Source: an uncultured Weeksellaceae bacterium
GTDB lineage: Bacteria; Bacteroidota; Bacteroidia; Flavobacteriales_D; UBA2798
Assembly: GCA_964460845.1 (NCBI GenBank)
Contig: CAYWRZ010000007.1
Span: 8,024 to 72,023 of the forward strand
DNA length: 64,000 nucleotides
Direction: 5' to 3'
Below are positions 16,169-24,733 of this stretch, one piece after another. The notes below the pieces were generated by a model, which was not told where the DNA came from, searched no databases, and saw nothing but the letters and a program-made list of their open reading frames with translations. Both the position numbers and the translations under genes were made by a program. Numbering within the stretch: the first letter of the stretch is position 1; every line of letters begins with the position of its first letter.

Positions 16169-17332
16169 ATGAAAACGCTCTTTCTTGTGTGTCTTACTTT
16201 TTGGACGTTTGCCGCTCAGGCACAGGTACAGACATATTACGTACAGCCTGTGCAGACCGATATGCAGTACGCCGTGGCGCAAGACAGTCATTTGGTAGCT
16301 CGTAATACAGGCACGCGCCTGCACAAGCTCTTCCTGTATATAGGAGGCACAGGCAGCAATACCCGTCAATACCTTACTCTCAGTAATTTTGCGGCTAACC
16401 TGGGCTACGATGTGATCAACCTGTCTTACCCCAACGGGGTGGCGCCTGCGGTACTGGCTTCGCAGACCGACAGTCTTGCTTTTGACAAGTACAGGCAGGA
16501 GATTTGTTACGGCACACCGCTTAGCGCCGAGGTGACGGTCGATACGCTGAACGCCGTTTATACAAGAGTGGTGAAGCTGCTGAATTACCTTCATGCGACC
16601 TACCCTTCTCAGCAATGGGATCAATACCTCAGTGATCCGGCTACGCTTAACTGGGCTAACATTGCGGTGGGCGGACATTCGCAGGGTGCCGGGCATGCGG
16701 CCTATTTCGCCAAGCTGCATCCGGTAGAACGAGTGCTTATGTTTGCCGGGCCTAACGATTACAGTACACATTTCTCAAACTCGGCGCCCTGGATGCGAAT
16801 GCCCGGCGCCACTCCCGCTTCGCGGCATTATGCGTACGAGAGCCTGCTCGATGAATTTATCGATTTCGGTAACCAGCTTATTTGCCTGCAAGGCTTAGGA
16901 ATTTATCCACTTTACGATACCGTGTATGCCGATCAGGCAGTGGCACCGTATCAAAATTCACGGATTTTATATACCACCCAATCGCCCGGGATTGTGGTGC
17001 TGAACCATAATGTACCGGTAAAGCAGAGTACGATCAATAATGCGGTGTGGACGTATATGCTAACCGCTTCCACTTCTTCTTCGGTGCATAGTACCGATGC
17101 GGTTGTTGCGCTTAGGGTATTTCCCAATCCTGCCACTTCGGTGCTGTATATTCGCTCCGGGCAGGCGCTACATAACCGTGCGTACAGCCTCTTGTCGCTC
17201 TCGGGGCAGGTCTTGCTTTCGGGCACAATTTCGACCGAAAATGAATGTTCGATCGCGCTGAGCGACATTCCGAAGGGGCTTTATCTATTGTATATTGAGG
17301 GTGCAATTGTGCAGAAAATAATAAAGCATTAA
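16169..17332 (+). CDS. Secreted alpha/beta-hydrolase-like protein with T9SS C-terminal sorting domain
   Basis: Signal peptide MKTLFLVCLTFWTFAAQA at the internal ATG, a nucleophile-elbow-like GGHSQGAG, and a C-terminal block VFPNPATSVLYIRS...GLYLLYIEG typical of Por/T9SS CTDs. Confidence 0.7.
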   Translation: MKTLFLVCLTFWTFAAQAQVQTYYVQPVQTDMQYAVAQDSHLVARNTGTRLHKLFLYIGGTGSNTRQYLTLSNFAANLGYDVINLSYPNGVAPAVLASQTDSLAFDKYRQEICYGTPLSAEVTVDTLNAVYTRVVKLLNYLHATYPSQQWDQYLSDPATLNWANIAVGGHSQGAGHAAYFAKLHPVERVLMFAGPNDYSTHFSNSAPWMRMPGATPASRHYAYESLLDEFIDFGNQLICLQGLGIYPLYDTVYADQAVAPYQNSRILYTTQSPGIVVLNHNVPVKQSTINNAVWTYMLTASTSSSVHSTDAVVALRVFPNPATSVLYIRSGQALHNRAYSLLSLSGQVLLSGTISTENECSIALSDIPKGLYLLYIEGAIVQKIIKH

Positions 17333-17610
17333 AGCTGAAAAAAACGCTTGTCTTAGGGATGAAATTTCCCGATCAATTTCGAAAATCCTCAAGAAATTTT
17401 AAGTAAATGGGTGATAAGCGAAAGGAGTTTAATTTCAAAATCATCCGATTTTTTAAGGGATATTAACCCTCTTTTCTGCGCAAATTTCATCCTGAAGAAA
17501 TACATTTTATTTTCCGTTTTTTTCTTCTTCCCCTGCTACTGTGAGTAGGTATTCTCCTTTGTTTTTCAAAGAAAATCCTACCTTTATGGCTCACTTTAAT
17601 TTATAGCGCG

Positions 17611-18393
17611 GTGCATTACAGGAATAGTGCGGTGATCAGAATTGCAACCCTGCTTCTTTTGTGTGTTTCGGGAGGCGGATTACCCGCTCTCGGTCAGGTG
17701 GCAAAAGTGGCGCCTAACCCTGGTGGATACTGGGTTTCCTATATCGGCGACAATAAGCTCAATGCCCGTATCGGGATCCATTCCGAAGCGCAGTTTCGTA
17801 ATTTTTTTCTCGATCGCACGGTCGAGACCCTGCTGCTGCGTACCGGGCTCAACATCTACCTGAAGCCTTATGCCATGGGCACCCTGGGATATGGCTATTT
17901 TTACAACGAACCTTCCGACGAGCAGGTCTTAGGCTCGCGGGTATCCGAAAACCGGATATGGCAACAACTGATATTGCGTCAGAAATCGACCTTTATTTTT
18001 ATGGAGCACCGTTACCGGCTTGAACAGCGTTTTTTGCAGAACCTGAGCAACGACACCCGTCAGACCGATCACAGGCTTCGTTACCGTTTTCAGACATTAT
18101 TCCCCCTGTATTCGGTAAGTCCGCACCTGCGTCATTTTTTCGTGGCGCTCAACAATGAGATCATGATCAACTTTAGGCGTGATCCTTCCCGCTTGTTCGA
18201 CCGCAACCGTTTTTTCTCGGGTCTAGGCTACCAGGTAAGTCCCAAGATGAACTTTCAATTGGGCTACCTCAACCAGCTTATTCAGATACCCGCTAATCCC
18301 AGGGCGCAGATCGATCACGTGGTACAATTTGGGGTGTCGTATAATATGGACGATCTGATGCAAACCTTTTTCGGAAAAAAACGGGAACCATGA
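17611..18393 (+). CDS. DUF2490-like outer-membrane beta-barrel protein
   Basis: Signal peptide, then YWVSYIGDNKLNARIGIHSEAQFRNFF and an alternating beta-strand pattern. GTG start taken from the track. Confidence 0.55.
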   Translation: MHYRNSAVIRIATLLLLCVSGGGLPALGQVAKVAPNPGGYWVSYIGDNKLNARIGIHSEAQFRNFFLDRTVETLLLRTGLNIYLKPYAMGTLGYGYFYNEPSDEQVLGSRVSENRIWQQLILRQKSTFIFMEHRYRLEQRFLQNLSNDTRQTDHRLRYRFQTLFPLYSVSPHLRHFFVALNNEIMINFRRDPSRLFDRNRFFSGLGYQVSPKMNFQLGYLNQLIQIPANPRAQIDHVVQFGVSYNMDDLMQTFFGKKREP

Positions 18394-20297
18394 AGTATTT
18401 CGGATTACTTTTTCTGGCTTTGCTCCTTTGTCCTCTTTCGGCCGATGCCCAGCAGATCAAAATTTTCGAAGACGATCTCGGGGTAAAGGGCGAAATACGG
18501 TATTACGGCACATGGTCCGATTCGCTCTTGCCTAAGCAGGGTGCTATAGACTTGCGCTGGCGCGAAACCGGAGTCTCCGGACTCAAAACCTGGCGTGTCA
18601 AAGGACAAACCCGCGATCACTTACCTACGGGGCGCTGGAGCTGGGAAGAGGCCGATTGGGAATATTCCATCCGTGTAGGCGAAAGCATCCGACCGGTGTT
18701 TAACGCCAAAGGCCGGCGTATGCGCTGGGAGGGGAATTTTGTGAACGGCAAACCCGATGGCCGTTGGGATTTTGTGCTCGATAGTATTTCTGAGAAAGGA
18801 ATACCCTTCGGCACTTTGCTGCGGGTCGAGATCAACTATAAGAACGGCATTCCCTCAGGTACTTTTTCTATCCGGCAGGCAGACATGGAGCTGAGACTCA
18901 GCGGGACCTGCGACGCAGAGGGTATTGCTTCGGGTACCTGGGTGTATCAGTACAAAACGCCCTACGGTACAAACGTGAAAGAGGAACGCATCTATAAGAA
19001 GGGGCTGCTTGCCGAAGTACAGATTACCGAAGATAAAGAACGCTCGACCGTGAAATTTGAGCATAACCTGCGTTTCCTCGAAAAAGCACACGATACTACC
19101 CTCTTTGAAGCGCGTAGAATAGGGGAGCAGCGATTTGAAGAAGACCAATACCGGAGTCGTGCTTCCGTACTTCTGCGCCATAACCTGCAAGGGTATTTTA
19201 CGCAGGGTTGGAGGCTCGAGGTGTTGCCTGTCGAAGCGCTGCTGGTGCTGCCCGAGTTCAGGAAGCTCGAATATCCGCTTACCGCCGCCGAAAAAGAGGC
19301 CATTTCCGCTTCACGCGCACAAATCAGTATTCAGCGCGACAGCATCGAAAGTCAATTGTCGGGAAATATATACATACACCGCGCGCGCAGTGGCGAGCTT
19401 GACACTACCATTTCCTTTTTACAGCTTAATCTCGAACGCCTGAACTATATTGATTCTCTGCTCGAACTCACCGACTATCCTTTGTTTACTTATACGAACA
19501 GAGCGGCGCAGGATCTGAGCTATTGGTTCGACGGACTTAACGACTTGCGGTATGCCCGGGGCGAAGTGTACGATTCGCTTATGGTAGAATTTCCTTTGCT
19601 GCCGTTCGATAGCGATTCGATAACTGCTATTGAGGCGCTGAACAACGAGCTACATCGCAATGCGCAGCTTCTACCACCGTACTACAGCGTGATGCAAGAG
19701 GTACATTTGGTTCTGAAAAGACAGGGAGAGCTGGAATTGCTTGAAAATATAATCGTAGATCGTTTTCAGGAAGTCCAGGCATTTTATGCAGAAAAAGAAG
19801 GAATCGCTGCCGAAATAAATACCCGTTGGGTAAAAGGCGAAGTGCAGAAAATGATACAGGAATATGCACGTACCGATCAGTACGAAGAAGCGCTGCAGAA
19901 GGGATATCAGATAATGCACCGCCTCGATTCGCTCGAATCCTGGCAGGAGAAGCTTGAGATCTTTGACCGTATGCCTGAAGTGCTGCGTGCGCAATATACC
20001 TACCTGGCTTATAATCCTTATACCGGCGAAAACGATATTCCTATCACCGTCAAAAAACGTTTTCTGAACGATGTGCTGCTACGGATGTGGCCGTATATGG
20101 GCAGCGAGCTGGCGCAGGAATACGACTGGGACAAATGGGCGGCCTTGTGGCAACAGCAGTTTGAGGTGCATCAATACCTGATGGCTTTTGCTTCAAAAGA
20201 AGATGCGGCTGCGCGTCGTTTGCAACGCAGGGTGCGGAAAGACAAAAAGCCTGAAAAAATGCTCCGGCATATTTTGCAGCAGATAGAACGGCACTAA
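18390..20297 (+). CDS. Secreted hypothetical protein (635 aa) with MORN-like N-terminal repeats
   Basis: Signal peptide MKYFGLLFLALLLCPLSADA. MORN-like units NGKPDGRWDF, NGIPSGTFSI and GIASGTWVYQY, followed by a long helical C-terminal half. Its start overlaps the upstream stop (ATGA). Confidence 0.6.
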   Translation: MKYFGLLFLALLLCPLSADAQQIKIFEDDLGVKGEIRYYGTWSDSLLPKQGAIDLRWRETGVSGLKTWRVKGQTRDHLPTGRWSWEEADWEYSIRVGESIRPVFNAKGRRMRWEGNFVNGKPDGRWDFVLDSISEKGIPFGTLLRVEINYKNGIPSGTFSIRQADMELRLSGTCDAEGIASGTWVYQYKTPYGTNVKEERIYKKGLLAEVQITEDKERSTVKFEHNLRFLEKAHDTTLFEARRIGEQRFEEDQYRSRASVLLRHNLQGYFTQGWRLEVLPVEALLVLPEFRKLEYPLTAAEKEAISASRAQISIQRDSIESQLSGNIYIHRARSGELDTTISFLQLNLERLNYIDSLLELTDYPLFTYTNRAAQDLSYWFDGLNDLRYARGEVYDSLMVEFPLLPFDSDSITAIEALNNELHRNAQLLPPYYSVMQEVHLVLKRQGELELLENIIVDRFQEVQAFYAEKEGIAAEINTRWVKGEVQKMIQEYARTDQYEEALQKGYQIMHRLDSLESWQEKLEIFDRMPEVLRAQYTYLAYNPYTGENDIPITVKKRFLNDVLLRMWPYMGSELAQEYDWDKWAALWQQQFEVHQYLMAFASKEDAAARRLQRRVRKDKKPEKMLRHILQQIERH

Positions 20298-20362
20298 GTC
20301 GCTCTGCCGAAACGAGATTTAACATACAATAATGTTGGCTCTGTGAACCGCTAATTCATCTG

Positions 20363-20824
20363 ATGAAAACTTTTCTGTTTGTCTGGAGTCCGAAAAAAGC
20401 CCCCTGGCCCAAGCTTGCGCAAGACATCGCGCAGTTACGACGCACAGCTATTGTCAGCGCAAACTGGACGGTGGCCAGCCATAAAAAGGTGCAACCGGGC
20501 GACAGGGCTTTTTTACTAAGGCTTGGGGTCGAACCCAAAGGTATAATGGGGTCGGGCTATGTCACTACAGCTCCTTTTTTGGCGCCGCACTGGAGGGATC
20601 CGCTAAAAATGACGCATCGGGTAACGCTCGAATTTGACACTTTGCTGGATCCTGAGCGCGAGCTACTGCTGGGTATAGATTTGCTTCGTATGGGCAGCTT
20701 GTCGGCTGTAAACTGGACACCCCAATCTTCCGGCATTGAGATTTACCCTCAGGCAGCGGAAGAGCTGGAAGCGGTATGGCTTGATTTTTTACAGACCGAA
20801 AGATCTTCCGGTCTTTTACCTTAA
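20363..20824 (+). CDS. Hypothetical protein (153 aa), possibly PUA-like/EVE-like fold
   Basis: The pattern W..........V.PGDRAFLLRLG.EPKGIMGSGYV resembles the beta-barrel core of EVE/PUA-like readers. This is pattern recognition only. Confidence 0.45.
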   Translation: MKTFLFVWSPKKAPWPKLAQDIAQLRRTAIVSANWTVASHKKVQPGDRAFLLRLGVEPKGIMGSGYVTTAPFLAPHWRDPLKMTHRVTLEFDTLLDPERELLLGIDLLRMGSLSAVNWTPQSSGIEIYPQAAEELEAVWLDFLQTERSSGLLP

Positions 20825-20851
20825 CGCAGGCCGAAAGCAGCCGGACTTTCT

Positions 20852-21271
20852 TCAATCAATCGGTAGCCCGTCTAAAAAATCGAAGAAATAGATCACCGCC
20901 GCATAGTGCACATTTACATCCTTTGCGCTTCCGATTATCGACCCGTTCTTGCGGATGTCTCCGTTCGACTCGATCCGCCCTTTGATAGAGCCGCCGATGC
21001 GCACATCTCCATTCGATTCTACCCGGCCTATTATAGAACCGTTTTTACGGATGTCTCCGTTCGATTCGATTCGTCCTTTGATAGAGCCGTTAATTCGAAT
21101 ATCTCCGTTCGACTCAAAGCGACCTTTTATCGACCCGTTAATTCGGATATCTCCGTTGGATTCGATACGGCCGAAAGCGCTGCTTCGGTTACGTAAGTCC
21201 TGCGTATGCCCGGTGCTTGTAAATACAAACAGAAAGAGTGCCGAGAGCAGCGAAAAAAATAGTGTTTTCAT
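20852..21271 (-). CDS. Secreted tandem-repeat protein (5 x 16-aa GR[IFV]ESNGD[IV]R[IK][NG]GSI[KI] units)
   Basis: Signal peptide MKTLFFSLLSALFLFVFTSTG, then five near-identical 16-aa repeats. The sense strand was chosen over the two overlapping + strand ORFs because only this frame has a signal peptide and a coherent repeat. Confidence 0.65.
   Translation of the reverse strand: MKTLFFSLLSALFLFVFTSTGHTQDLRNRSSAFGRIESNGDIRINGSIKGRFESNGDIRINGSIKGRIESNGDIRKNGSIIGRVESNGDVRIGGSIKGRIESNGDIRKNGSIIGSAKDVNVHYAAVIYFFDFLDGLPID
20930..21169 (-). repeat. Five tandem 48-bp coding repeats
   Basis: aa 35-114 of the protein above are 5 x 16 residues. At DNA level the unit ...GGATGTCTCCGTTCGACTCGAT... recurs every 48 nt with point differences. 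Confidence 0.85.
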
Positions 21272-21470
21272 CCTCGTAGAATTTAAAAGCGTTCAAGACT
21301 CAAAATTAGTTCATTTTTTAATCCGCTTCAAACCGTTTTATTCGCATTCTTACGTTTCGAAAATCTTCCCACATTCGATTCTAAAGCCGGAAAAATCAAA
21401 TTTTTTCACCTGAAAATCGTAACTTACAAGTGTATTTCACATTGGAAAAACGCTATCGTTTCATCCGCTT

Positions 21471-22103
21471 ATGCCCGATCAGGAATACCTTCGAAATCTG
21501 CGTGTGCCCACGCCTCAAAATCCGCTTCGGATACTGTTAAGCTCTTGTCTTTTAGGAGTGAAATGCGGTGTGCACGGCGATCATTACGGAGAATATCCCG
21601 GTGTACTTAAACTCAGAAATTACCCTACGGCAAAGCTCATTCATTTTTGTCCCGAAGAATTTGCGTTTGGTACGCCCCGCGAAATGTGCGATATCTATGG
21701 CGGTAACGGACACGATGTGCTTGAAGGGCGTGCCCGGGTGCTCACTACGTCGGGACAAGACTGGACCGAGGCCATGATAGCCGCTTCCGAAAAAATGCTG
21801 GAAATAGCCCGTACCTACGAAATTGATCTGGCCATTATGATGGATGTGAGTGCAGCCTGCGGCAACCATGTCATTTACGAGGGCAATCGCTATGCAGCCG
21901 CTAAAAAATACCAGATAGGGATGGGGGTATGTGGTGCGCAACTGCACCGTGCGGGTTATAAAATCATTAGCTGGCGCGAATATGCCTGTCTCGAAATTCT
22001 TTATTCGAAGCTGGATCCTACGCATCCTATCGATCCGGAAGCACAAGATTTTGACCGGCACGAATGGTATATCGGTTATTTTAAAAAAGACATTTCGTTC
22101 TGA
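21471..22103 (+). CDS. DUF523-family protein
   Basis: ILLSSCLLGVKCGVHGDHYG, CPEEFAFGTPRE and MMDVSAACG match the conserved Cys-containing blocks of DUF523, from memory. Confidence 0.55.
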   Translation: MPDQEYLRNLRVPTPQNPLRILLSSCLLGVKCGVHGDHYGEYPGVLKLRNYPTAKLIHFCPEEFAFGTPREMCDIYGGNGHDVLEGRARVLTTSGQDWTEAMIAASEKMLEIARTYEIDLAIMMDVSAACGNHVIYEGNRYAAAKKYQIGMGVCGAQLHRAGYKIISWREYACLEILYSKLDPTHPIDPEAQDFDRHEWYIGYFKKDISF

Positions 22104-22236
22104 TAATTAGCGTATTATTAGGGGAGTTCCCTGTTTCCTGAAAGAAGAAAAAACGGAGGCGCTGTCAGAAAAAACGAAGCTGATTTCGTCCATATCCCGG
22201 AATAATTTTACCTTTCTGACACTCAAATCAGCACAG

Positions 22237-23058
22237 ATGAGACGTATTTTTTTTCCTACCGCTATTTTAGGCATATTCCTCTTTACCGCTTGTGGTACCG
22301 AACCGGCATCCTCCACTTCCGAAACGCTTCCGCGTCTTGCCGATGGCGAGTATTGTATGGCACCTGAAGAAGGGGCCAGCGAAGATTTTATCTCGTTTAC
22401 CGTGTCGGGTACAGATCTGGAAGGACGGGTACATACCACCAACGATGACGGCGAAAAAATTGCGTTTATGTGCTTCGGAACCTTGATAGGCGATACGCTG
22501 GCTAAAGTACATATCATGTTACCCGCTATTGATGCCGAGCTTTACGAAGAATGGCTCATTCTCCCCGGACCGAAAATCGAAATTGTACAGGCTGCTCTCA
22601 ATAAAGAAGGGGTGTATCTGCCAAAACCCTGTGCAAGCCTCGATCCGGAGAGCTATCCCGTTTCCGAATTTGAACGAGCCGACGAAGCTGCCGACGAGGA
22701 ATATTCTTGCTATGGTCCCGAAACTTCTACACTTCAGCAGGCCGATACGCCGGTCGAATACCTCACGCTTACCCTATACAGCGACGGAAGTACCGAATAT
22801 TCCAATACGCTCGAAGGCTGGGGCGTTGGAGATGATCCCCAGGGCTTCTCATGGGCCTCCGAAATCAGCGGTACGGCTTCCGAAGCCGGGGTATTTGAAG
22901 TGAAAATAAGCTACGTCTTTAAAGATGGCAGCACGCTCGAGTCGTCCGAAGTTTGGGAAATTCCTTCATCTGGACCTATTCGGGTGATCCGTGCCGACGA
23001 AAAACATCCGGGCATACTCCATTATGTCCCTATTGATTGTGAGGACAGGGCGGGATAA
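22237..23058 (+). CDS. Acidic lipoprotein, function unknown
   Basis: Lipobox LFTAC in MRRIFFPTAILGIFLFTACGTEP. No recognisable domain. Confidence 0.6.
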   Translation: MRRIFFPTAILGIFLFTACGTEPASSTSETLPRLADGEYCMAPEEGASEDFISFTVSGTDLEGRVHTTNDDGEKIAFMCFGTLIGDTLAKVHIMLPAIDAELYEEWLILPGPKIEIVQAALNKEGVYLPKPCASLDPESYPVSEFERADEAADEEYSCYGPETSTLQQADTPVEYLTLTLYSDGSTEYSNTLEGWGVGDDPQGFSWASEISGTASEAGVFEVKISYVFKDGSTLESSEVWEIPSSGPIRVIRADEKHPGILHYVPIDCEDRAG

Positions 23059-23208
23059 AGGACTTGTCTTGCGTGTACCGAAAGCGTGCAGCGTGCGGGA
23101 AAAAGGCAGAGGAAGAAGCCTGCTTTTCGTCTTTTTTCAGGGAAAATGAAACTTCGATCTTTTGCAGCCTATTTTTCAGGAAGTTTGTAGCGGCAACGAA
23201 AATGGAAA

Positions 23209-23781
23209 ATGACTGATCTCGAAAAAAATATCACGACGTATTTTGGCGATTTGAGCGAAACCGAGCTGCGGCAGATTTCTTCTTTTTTTCAGCCTGTTTC
23301 CTTAGTCAAAGGCGAATATTTTTGTAAAACCGGGCAGCCCTGTTTGTATCTGAGCTTTATCAAATCCGGTATGCTCAGGATTTATATCGATACAGGCGAT
23401 AGAGAAGTTACACAATGGATTTCCACACCGGGGTATTTTGTGACCGATCTCTCTTCGCTTATTTTTCATACACCTGCTCGCTGGACTATCCGTGCCCTGG
23501 CCGATACGCAGCTTTACTCCCTGAGTGCTGCCGACTATCACAAGCTGGGAGCTGTAATTCCCAAGTGGCACGAGCTCGAAAAGCTTTTTATCGCTAACTG
23601 TTTCGCGATGCTCGAAGACCGTATTTTTAGTCACCTGTCGATGACCGCCGAAGAGCGCTACCATTTCTTTTATGAAAAAAACAAGGCGCTTTTTACGCAG
23701 GTGCCTTTGCATTATATCGCTTCCATGCTGGGCATGACTCCCGAAACGTTCAGTCGTATCCGCAAAAAAAGCCTTTTTTGA
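23209..23781 (+). CDS. Crp/Fnr family transcriptional regulator
   Basis: N-terminal cNMP-binding-type beta-roll and a C-terminal HTH (YIASMLGMTPETFSRIRKK); 190 aa. Confidence 0.8.
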   Translation: MTDLEKNITTYFGDLSETELRQISSFFQPVSLVKGEYFCKTGQPCLYLSFIKSGMLRIYIDTGDREVTQWISTPGYFVTDLSSLIFHTPARWTIRALADTQLYSLSAADYHKLGAVIPKWHELEKLFIANCFAMLEDRIFSHLSMTAEERYHFFYEKNKALFTQVPLHYIASMLGMTPETFSRIRKKSLF

Positions 23782-23784
23782 TTT

Positions 23785-23800
23785 CTTGACATTTGTCAAG
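23785..23800. promoter_or_regulatory. Candidate Crp/Fnr-type operator: dyad CTTGACA-TT-TGTCAAG
   Basis: Perfect 7-bp inverted arms, with core TTGAC-N4-GTCAA resembling the FNR box TTGAT-N4-ATCAA. It lies 4 nt after the regulator's stop and 53 nt before the next ATG. A near -7 box GAACTTTG is at 23823-23830. Confidence 0.5.
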
Positions 23801-23852
23801 GGGCTAATCCGTTTTTACAAGCGAACTTTGTGTTCTCTTAATTAGTTAAAAA

Positions 23853-24503
23853 ATGAAACATATACTTGTATTCGGAGCTACCGGTCGCACGGGTAATCAC
23901 CTGGTCAGCTATGCGCTCGAAAAAGGCCATCGGGTTACCTGCTTAGTGCGTAATCCCGAAAAGATGCGTCAGACGCATCCGCAACTTACCCTTGTAAAAG
24001 GAACACCTTACGAGCTAAATGACGTGCGCCGTGCCATTACGGGTTGCGATACCGTGATAAGCGTATTGAATAATTCGCGTAAATCGGATCTGCCCTGGGC
24101 GAAGCTGGTGGCACCGCCCGATGTGCTGGAACGTGCGGCAAAAAATGCGCTTACGGCAATGGAAGAAAATGGCATACGGCGTATTTTGGTGCTTTCTACA
24201 GTAGGTGCCGGCGACAGTGCGCGTTTTTCCCCTTTGCTAATGTGCTGGGCGGTAAAATATACCAACCTGGGTGTGGTATTTGCCGATCATACCCGTACCG
24301 AACAGGTCTTACAGGCTTCTTCGTCCGACTGGACCGCAGTGCGTGCCGCCGCCCTGACCAACGGCGAAAAGGATAAGTCCGTAACCGCCTATTACGAAAA
24401 GCGTCCGCGATTGATGATAAGCCGAAAAAACACCGCGAAGTTTATGATCGACAGTATTGATGCGTCCGAATATTTTCAGAAAATGCCCATGATCTCACAT
24501 TGA
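23853..24503 (+). CDS. NAD(P)H-binding (NmrA/atypical SDR-like) oxidoreductase
   Basis: Rossmann motif ILVFGATGRTGNHLV; 216 aa. Confidence 0.8.
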   Translation: MKHILVFGATGRTGNHLVSYALEKGHRVTCLVRNPEKMRQTHPQLTLVKGTPYELNDVRRAITGCDTVISVLNNSRKSDLPWAKLVAPPDVLERAAKNALTAMEENGIRRILVLSTVGAGDSARFSPLLMCWAVKYTNLGVVFADHTRTEQVLQASSSDWTAVRAAALTNGEKDKSVTAYYEKRPRLMISRKNTAKFMIDSIDASEYFQKMPMISH

Positions 24504-24733
24504 GTATCAGGGAAATTTCAAAATAGGCCCGGCATACCTTCTGCTTTTTACGCAGAGTAATCAAGTGCTTCTACTCTTGAGGTAAAGTCCCCTTAGCACG
24601 GCCTTGCTATAAAAGCGGATGTCAAAGCGAATAGCAGGAATACTAAATCAAATATCCCGGTGTCAGTCCTTACGAAAATGACTGTATATTTAAGTGCTAA
24701 CTGCGTACCGATGAAACACCTGACATTTTTCTT

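Noticed and set aside
20930-21169. Possible CRISPR-like or noncoding tandem repeat
   Set aside because: The 48-bp units are contiguous with no spacers, lie in frame, and encode a regular 16-aa repeat in a protein with a signal peptide. No cas genes are present in the window.
24549-24555. Single TACGCAG heptamer upstream of the histidine kinase gene as an autoregulatory site
   Set aside because: A given 7-mer is expected roughly 8 times on both strands of 64 kb, so a lone half-site is not evidence.
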